Shown: positions 56,985-64,000 of the stretch, piece by piece
Layout: the number at the start of each line of letters is the position of its first letter
How positions within the stretch are numbered: the first letter of the stretch is position 1
Assembly (NCBI RefSeq): GCF_001194135.2
Contig: NC_068999.1
Location: forward strand, 5,028,745 to 5,092,744
Origin: Octopus bimaculoides
Lineage: Eukaryota
DNA length: 64,000 nucleotides
Direction: 5' to 3'
The notes under the pieces: model-generated
What the model was told of the DNA's origin: nothing
The model's input: the letters and a program-made list of their open reading frames with translations, nothing else
The model's database searches: none
Translations under genes and position numbers: made by a program

Positions 56985-59566
56985 CCGTGAATGAACATGT
57001 ATGTATGAATATGTATGTAATTATGTGTATGTGTGTGTATGTATATATATATTTATGTGTGCATCTGATTTTGAGGTAAAAATTGGTTGCTTTTTCTACC
57101 AGGTGGAGACTCCATCGGCTCATAAATTCATTTGGTTTGATGACCAAGATATATTTGTGTTCATTCTTTCAGGGATGTATGCAGTTTGACAAAGACAGTC
57201 AATGCTTCTACCACGGTGATTGGCAATATGACCTTCCCCATGGATGGGGTCTCCAGAGGTACAGCAGCCATAACATTTATGAAGGGTTCTGGTTCAAAAA
57301 TAAGCCAAATGTTGAAGGTGTAATGAAGTGGTTCGTTCAAGGCCGACCAAAGGATATCGAAATATACAAGGGCCACTGGGCCAATGGTATACAGGTAACT
57401 TAGATCCTTTATTTTGTTTTTCCCTTTCTAATTATCTTTCTTATCTGGACTTGACTAACAATGTCACCTGTTTATAAATCATCACAGGACAATCAGCTCC
57501 ACAACCATATGTCTTTCTCACATGCTTCTCAACACTAACTTACCACACACACGTCCTGTTTCCCCCCATCTTTCTCCTGTCTACTTTATCATCATTACTA
57601 TTCTGCGACACTCTGCCCTTGACCTTTTCTTTGCATTGTTAGTCATCTCCTATGCCTCCTACCTCCCACTGTCATTCTGCATCCCCACCTTCATCTACTG
57701 CCTTCTCTTCAACTCCTGGAACCATTTCACTTATTGTTGTTAGCACTCTGTCGCTTACGACGTCGAGGGTTCCAGTTGATCCGATCAACGGAACAGCCTG
57801 CTCGTGAAATTAACGTGCAAGTGGCTGAGCACTCCACAGACACATGTACCCTTAACGTAGTTCTCAGGGATATTCAGCGTGATACAGTGTAACAAGGCTG
57901 ACCNNNNNNNNNNNNNNNNNNNNNNNNNNNNNNNNNNNNNNNNNNNNNNNNNNNNNNNNNNNNNNNNNNNNNNNNNNNNNNNNNNNNNNNNNNNNNNNNN
58001 NNNNNNNNNNNNNNNNNNNNNNNNNNNNNNNNNNNNNNNNNNNNNNNNNNNNNNNNNNNNNNNNNNNNNNNNNNNNNNNNNNNNNNNNNNNNNNNNNNNN
58101 NNNNNNNNNNNNNNNNNNNNNNNNNNNNNNNNNNNNNNNNNNNNNNNNNNNNNNNNNNNNNNNNNNNNNNNNNNNNNNNNNNNNNNNNNNNNNNNNNNNN
58201 NNNNNNNNNNNNNNNNNNNNNNNNNNNNNNNNNNNNNNNNNNNNNNNNNNNNNNNNNNNNNNNNNNNNNNNNNNNNNNNNNNNNNNNNNNNNNNNNNNNN
58301 NNNNNNNNNNNNNNNNNNNNNNNNNNNNNNNNNNNNNNNNNNNNNNNNNNNNNNNNNNNNNNNNNNNNNNNNNNNNNNNNNNNNNNNNNNNNNNNNNNNN
58401 NNNNNNNNNNNNNNNNNNNNNNNNNNNNNNNNNNNNNNNNNNNNNNNNNNNNNNNNNNNNNNNNNNNNNNNNNNNNNNNNNNNNNNNNNNNNNNNNNNNN
58501 NNNNNNNNNNNNNNNNNNNNNNNNNNNTGAAACTTCATCAAAACAGTCCTTCCCGCAAAGTAAATTAAATAAAATTTGGGATTTTTTTTGCAGAGGGTTA
58601 AAGTGGTAACAAAAACAGGACAGTAAGGACAAAACAGTAAAAACAAACGGTGAGGGCTGTTAAGCCATAACGAGGTGAAGTGGTGAATGCTGGAAAAACA
58701 AGCTTTGAGAAGAGACAAGCAAAAGCATGTCTTGTCTTTAGGAAGGAAGTGAAAAAAAGATGGATGGCCGTTGGTCACGTGTGAGCAACAAGAGAATCAA
58801 GGAGGAAGAGAGAGAGAGAGAGAGAGAGAAGGAATTGTGAAGGGGAGATGAGAAGAATTAGAGAAAGGGTGGGAGAGAAAATCAGAAAGGAAGAAGAACA
58901 AGAGAGGGAGATAGAATAGAGATAGGTTGTAGAGTGCGCATCGGAATTATTAAGATAAATCTTACTATATATATATATATACATTATCATCGTTTAACGT
59001 CCACTTTCCATGCTGGCATGGGTTGGACGGTTTGATTGAGGACTGGCAAGCCAGGAGGCTGCACCAGGCTCCAATCTGATCTGCCAAGCTTTCTACAGCT
59101 GGATGCCCTTCCTAACGCCAACCACTCCCAGAGTGTAGTGGGTGCTTTTTACATGCCACTGGCACAGGGGCCAGTCAGGTGGCATTGGCATCGATATATA
59201 TAACAATATTCTGTCTATTTGCTTTATAGTCAGTAAAATTGCTGTGCCAGTTCTCTCAAAAGCTAGTTTCTATTTGCATTTGCTGTAGCTGAAGAATTCC
59301 AAAGACCATGACTTATATGTATTGCAAATGTGTTCCTGTCTTGTTTTAATTGCAGGCTAAATTCACTCAAAGAACTGGAGGTGTCTATGAAGGAAGATTT
59401 GAGAATAATGCTCTTCCTGATAATACCTTTGTCAAAGGACTTCCGGCTCTTATTAATGACCAGGACAATAAATGTGAGTCTTTAATTGTAAATCCCCACC
59501 TCTCTCTCTCTCTCTCTCCCTTTCTCCTTCTTTTTCTATTTCTATTTCTCTCGCTCCCTCTATTTC

Positions 59567-59621
<55 letters not shown>

Positions 59622-61291
59622 AAACAAGAAAAATGATATGTTCTATATTTAAGAGATGAGGAATTATGTATATTATTTATCATTATTTACATTTGACGGA
59701 TATTGGAGGGTGTATCAGCCGAAACGTTGTGTTAACAACAAACAAGATGAGGACAAATAGCCGTCAAATGTAAATAATGTAAATAATGTAATACCATGTT
59801 GTTTTTGCTCCCCCCCAATGAGCTTCATTATGCATTTGACTTGCTCTGGTTCCCCAAATATCTCTGCAGCTCCCGAAAAGGAAGTGAACATGAAATCAGT
59901 CGACAGTAATTTCATAATGGACATCAACAGCTTACTGAAAGGTTACAAAGGTGTTGACCCCAAACAAGAACTGACACAGGTAATTAACATTAATTAACGT
60001 ATTCTTAGAATTGCTGCCGCTACTAAAAGTTTCCCTTGAGTAAAAAAAAACACAATGATAATTAGTTTTACACAGAAAATGTAACGATACTGCAATGGGA
60101 TGCACCACTATGCCATTGCAGCATGTTGCATTGGTGCAGAAATATGAATAACTGATACTGCAATGAAACTGCATTGTGTTGCACTAACACTGCATGACAC
60201 AGTACGTTGCAGTTACAATGCATTGACACTGCAGTGACATGACAGCAGCTTGTACTTTATTTGGAATGTGTTGCACTAATACTGGACAGACATGGCTGTG
60301 TGGTAAGACGTTTGCTTCCTAACCACATGGTCCAGGGTTCAGCCCCCCTGCATGGCACCTTGGGCAAATGTCTTCTACTATAACTCCAGAGTGACGAAAG
60401 CCTTGTAAGTGCATTTGATGGAGATATATACACACTGTGTATATATATATATATATGTGTGTGTGTGCATGTGTATACATATGTGTGTGTACATTTATAT
60501 ATATATGTGTGTAGTTGTGTGTGTGTGTATAAATAGGTGGTGGTGTTGGTGGTGACAACTGTGGTTGCAGTAAAGGAGGTGAGGGTGATGGTGTTTGTAG
60601 TAACAGTGATGGTGGCGGTGGTGGTGGTGGTGGTGGTGGTGGTGGTAGTGGTGCAGCTTCTAATTCACTTTAATCCAGTATTACCAATATTCTATGACAG
60701 GCACCAGAGATACTTTCTTCCACTAAAATCCTCGTCGCTGGAATTAACCCATAATCCGAGTAGTAGATCTGTAGCCAGTGATCAAGACTCTTCACCATGA
60801 CGAGTGCAAAGGGTGCCGATGCCTGAGTTCAGGCCAAGGGTTGTATAGAAGACCCAGGGGCATTTATCGCAGGGGAGAATTGGTGGGGGGACGAAGAAGT
60901 GCAAGTCACTCTAAAATATATTGCATCAAAGTCCACCAAAATCCATTGCAATGTGTTGCAACGGGTAATTGCAATGTGTTGTATCTGGAGGTAATTCTGT
61001 TTTCTTTAATTTCCATTTGGTATCATTTGGCATCACTACACCTGCCATTGTTAATTACAGGTGAATAAGAACGTGTGGAGGCATATAGCATTTTTGAAGA
61101 AGATCTACTTGTTTTATGCAAGTTTGGGCCAGGAACCAGCCATTGATAATGTCTACTTGATGGACAATCTTCAGTTCTGGAGATTTCTCAAAGACTGTCG
61201 CTTGCATCATCATGGCTTTACCCTGATGCAAATGGATAGATTCCTTGGTAAGTTCTTTTAGTGTTCTTTACCATTTCGAAATCAAGTGATA

Positions 61292-61335
<44 letters not shown>

Positions 61336-62565
61336 CCATCACCATCACCATCATTATCATCATCATCATCAACAACAACAACAACAACAACAAGGCAGCA
61401 AGCTGGTAGAATTGTTAACATTTCAGACAAAATGCTTAGCAGTATTTCTTCTGGCTGGCACCAGGTTCAATAGCCTATAACCTTTACCAGGCTCAGTAGC
61501 CATATACCCTTCAGCAGGTCCAATAGCCATATAACCTTCAATAGTCTGTAATCTTTACCAGGTCCAATAATCGTATAATCTTTACTAGGGTCAACAGACA
61601 GATATCTTGCATTAAGGTTCAGTAGCCAATAATTTTTATCAGAGTCAATAACCGACAACCTTTAGAGTTTCTAATCAAATTATGCTGATCTAAAAATTTA
61701 AGTTTTAATTAAGTTTCAGAATATGCAAATTCTCCTTTTTATTATAGTTTTTAAAAAATATTATTTATTAGATTTAGAATTATGTGGAGTAGGTTTGAAA
61801 TATCTGCAAATTTTTTTTCTCTTGTTCTATTTAGTTTTGTCATGAATTTAATATATTTGTAAATAATGATTTTGAATATTTTGTTTATATCAATGTTATA
61901 ACTGAATGATTGTTTGAATAGGTTTACAATTTTATAATTTTTTTTAAAAAAGAAATTGTATATAACTTTTTGGTTTTTCATCATTTCATCTGTCATTCAT
62001 TGTGTAATTCTTTCTTTCCCAGCGAAAGATAAAAAAGTAACCAGTCTCCATGACCCTTTTGGTAAGTTGCTGCTACGGGAATTTATAGCGAACCTTGTGA
62101 TCTTGGCCTTCAAAGCATACAGTGCACAATACGATGACGCAAAAGCAAACTTAAAGTAGGTCATGTCATCTTTATCATCATTAATATCTACACACACTTC
62201 CACCACTACCACTTACTTCTTTCACATATAGCCAGGTGGTTAACCGAAACGTCAGTGATTTTATAATTGCTGTTTTACCTACATCAGTAACAGAAGGTTG
62301 TGTTTTCAGCATGTGGCTGGCAGTGAGCATTTGCTACTGATGGAGTGCAACAAGTCAGAAATGCACATCTAGCGACTTCACCACCACTGCTGGATGATTT
62401 TTGCCTGCTACTGATATAATTTTGTGTTTTTAAACACAGTGTGTCCATACAAGTTATTATCCCTGGATGAATACTGTACTTAATTTGTTTTTCGTAATGT
62501 ATCTATGTATCTGCATTAAGTAATTTATGTATTTATTTATATACATGTGTATGTGTGTATGTCTG

Positions 62566-62612
<47 letters not shown>

Positions 62613-62627
62613 GTATGTATATGTTTG

Positions 62628-62659
<32 letters not shown>

Positions 62660-63427
62660 TGTATGTATGTATGTATTAAAGGAAAAAGGATGACTTGAAG
62701 GCCTACTATGGATCCCTAGAAGGCTGAAATTATATTTATTCAGAACTCTTGACGAATTTTTAGATCATGTGACATGTCAGTTAAAAAAAGGGGAAAAAAA
62801 CTGAGTCCAAATGTTTCACTTTCCATTCATCTAGGTACCATTTTCTTCTGCTGGATTGGTGCTTCTATCAACTTCTCAAAAACAACATCTACCCCAATGT
62901 GTTCACCGTTAGAGGTAAACAATCCACAGATTTAAACCATCTTGTTATTTATTTTATGTTATTTGTTTTTTTTTTCTTCTCTTTCAAAAGAATTTAACTC
63001 ATCAAGAGAACCTAACCCCAAGATTCTTGTGAATTCATGTGTTAATGTTGTTTCTTGGGAGGGTCATTATGTCAGTAATGAACACACCTACTGGTTCTAT
63101 TTCTCTTCTTTATTTGCCAACTAGCTAACCACTTAACCAATTAACTAATTGATTTTTGGATTACTTATTTGATCAATCAATCATTCGGGTTTATCAAAGT
63201 CTCATAATTGTTATTTTGTCCCCATTTTTAACCTCATCTATGACATGCTCTTTCATTGTGTTTAAGGATGCAGTTGCATACATTTGTTTCAAAATGCTAC
63301 AGAGCTTTGAATTACGTTTTCTTTCACTGCAGGCCATATCTTCACAGAAGTCCGCAGAGCCATGAACATAATGGAACACGTCCAGGAGGTTTACAAAATC
63401 TACACTGCCATTTGTAAACCACGAAAG
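49318..63427 (+). CDS. RSPH10B: Radial spoke head 10 homolog B (MORN-repeat axonemal protein), 5' partial; continues past the window; two expected exons not visible
   Basis: Eleven visible exons: acidic N-terminus, MORN repeats (YEGKFLNGLFEGEG, FHQGLMHGRG, YHGDWQYDLPHGWG), then LQFWRFLKDCRLHHHGFTLMQMDRFL and LLLREFIANLVILAF, which are characteristic of RSPH10B. Confidence 0.9.
49631..49870. mobile_element. Pogo/Tigger-like MITE remnant
   Basis: TA + CAGTGATTCCTCGATTATCGCGGGGGTTGCGTT terminus; degenerate complementary end CCGCGATGTGGCGAGGGATTA. Confidence 0.55.
51630..51705 (+). CDS. RSPH10B: RSPH10B exon 2 (YEGKFLNGLFEGEGYMEFIDGHIYK)
   Basis: MORN repeat. Confidence 0.92.
54153..54221 (+). 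CDS. RSPH10B: RSPH10B exon 3 (GSFHQGLMHGRGYYKWNDGVTYE)
   Basis: MORN repeat. Confidence 0.92.
54645..54917. mobile_element. hAT-like MITE with GACTCC/GAGTC internal repeats
   Basis: TIRs CAGGGCTGTGGAGTC...GACTCCACAGCCCTG; degenerate 8-bp TSD CTAGCAAC / TTAGCAAT. Confidence 0.78.
55893..55951 (+). CDS. RSPH10B: RSPH10B exon 4 (GDFMFNYITGKGTYTYLDG)
   Basis: MORN repeat. Confidence 0.9.
56210..56980. repeat. ~230-bp direct duplication on both sides of an N gap (probable assembly overlap)
   Basis: ~56210-56445 equals ~56765-56980, each ending in (AT)n. Confidence 0.85.
57173..57394 (+). CDS. RSPH10B: RSPH10B MORN exon (GCMQFDKDSQCFYHGDWQY...YKGHWANGIQ)
   Basis: Three MORN-like repeats; inside ORF 57083..57403. 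Confidence 0.92.
59356..59473 (+). CDS. RSPH10B: RSPH10B exon (AKFTQRTGGVYEGRFENN...NDQDNK)
   Basis: Last MORN repeat; AG/GTGAGT. Confidence 0.88.
59870..59979 (+). CDS. RSPH10B: RSPH10B exon (PEKEVNMKSVDSNFIMDINSLLKGYKGVDPKQELTQ)
   Basis: Phase fits; D.N.LL motif. Confidence 0.85.
61061..61247 (+). CDS. RSPH10B: RSPH10B exon (VNKNVWRHIAFLKKIYLFYASLG...QFWRFLKDCRLHHH...)
   Basis: Highly characteristic conserved block. Confidence 0.93.
61294..61392. repeat. Compound (CAT)n/(CAC)/(CAA)n microsatellite, intronic
   Basis: Direct reading; produces spurious poly-H/S/D ORFs. Confidence 0.95.
61480..61640. repeat. Degenerate minisatellite (~24-28-bp unit, CAATAGCC.TATAA.CTT..CCAGG)
   Basis: Five to six diverged tandem units. 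Confidence 0.65.
62023..62155 (+). CDS. RSPH10B: RSPH10B exon (KDKKVTSLHDPFGKLLLREFIANLVILAFKAY...)
   Basis: H.PF..LL.R.F motif. Confidence 0.9.
62835..62914 (+). CDS. RSPH10B: RSPH10B exon (YHFLLLDWCFYQLLKNNIYPNVFTVR)
   Basis: CF..L...NI.PN motif, phase fits. Confidence 0.88.
63333..63427 (+). CDS. RSPH10B: RSPH10B exon (HIFTEVRRAMNIMEHVQEVYKIYTAICKPRK)
   Basis: G..F...R motif, IY...C.P; phase fits. Confidence 0.87.
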
Positions 63428-64000
63428 GTGAACAGACATTTTTTTTAATAAAAATTTCCAGTACCAACAGATGGGATGGAAAAGTCACTCTGTTTGTCTG
63501 CATGATGGATCGATGGGGTGTCTGATGCTACAGAGACACCACACAATGAACTTTTATATCCCCATGTATGGTAGTAAAAGCAGCCCACACTGTCATCATC
63601 ATCATCATCATCATCATCGTTGTCGTCATCATTTAACATCCGTTTTCCATGTTGGCATGGTTTGGACAGTTTGATAAGAACTGGTCAATTGTAAGTTGTG
63701 GCATGGTTTCTATGGCTGCATGCTCTTCCTAATGCCAACATTGTCTCTTATAAGTGTATATCTGATGGTATGGAAAGATTTGACTTGGTCCTTATTTCAT
63801 CAACCCCAAAAGGATGAAAGGCAAAGTCAACCTTGAAGAAATTTGAACTCAGCACCATTTTGTCCAATGTGTTGATGGTTCTGCCACCTCACCACCTTAA
63901 AAATAATAATGATGACGATGACGATGATGACAACGACGACAAATTGTCAGGTGAAAATGTGTTAATTAGTTGAATGTACTGACCATTCCCCTTCATTCTG

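Noticed and set aside
32073-58778. Long poly-X ORFs in the track (e.g. 32073..33239, 38048..39037, 40811..41938, 49858..50928, 57864..58778)
   Set aside because: They run through N gaps; only the flanks of 32073..33239 (mariner) and 40939..42489 (RTE) contain real coding remnants.
61218-61480. Poly-His/Ser/Asp/Gln ORFs, and IYIYIY or RERERE ORFs elsewhere
   Set aside because: Translations of intronic microsatellites.
61480-61640. CRISPR-like repeat-spacer array
   Set aside because: Units are degenerate with no unique constant-length spacers, and the context is a eukaryotic intron with no cas genes.

Overview
AT-rich, microsatellite- and SINE-laden animal genomic DNA with many N gaps; the repeat families look like those of an octopus (inference). 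Reading splice sites and phases by hand gives three host genes. (1) A complete 32-exon nardilysin (NRDC, M16 metallopeptidase, +, 8570-30871, 1057 aa, HFLEH motif). (2) A complete 6-exon PQ-loop gene SLC66A3/PQLC3 (-, 46712-42773, 218 aa) containing a textbook U12-type intron. (3) The 5' part of the ciliary radial-spoke gene RSPH10B (+, 49318 to past the window end, MORN repeats), head-to-head with SLC66A3 and preceded by an RFX X-box. Between NRDC and SLC66A3 is a transposon-rich block: a dead mariner flanked by inverted arms, a hAT/Charlie remnant, an RTE LINE fragment and a Merlin (eukaryotic IS1595/ISXO2-like) cluster. The standout is an intact single-exon 287-aa Merlin-transposase-derived ORF (39214-40077). 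It keeps its zinc finger, appears to have lost two of three DDE catalytic residues, has no adjacent TIRs in the visible sequence and carries an X-box-like palindrome just before its ATG, so it is a candidate domesticated transposase. It lies between two copies of a GG-terminated MITE; the complete copy has an 8-bp TSD and a head-to-head TTAGGG core. No prokaryotic features, CRISPR arrays, rRNA or true tRNA genes were seen.
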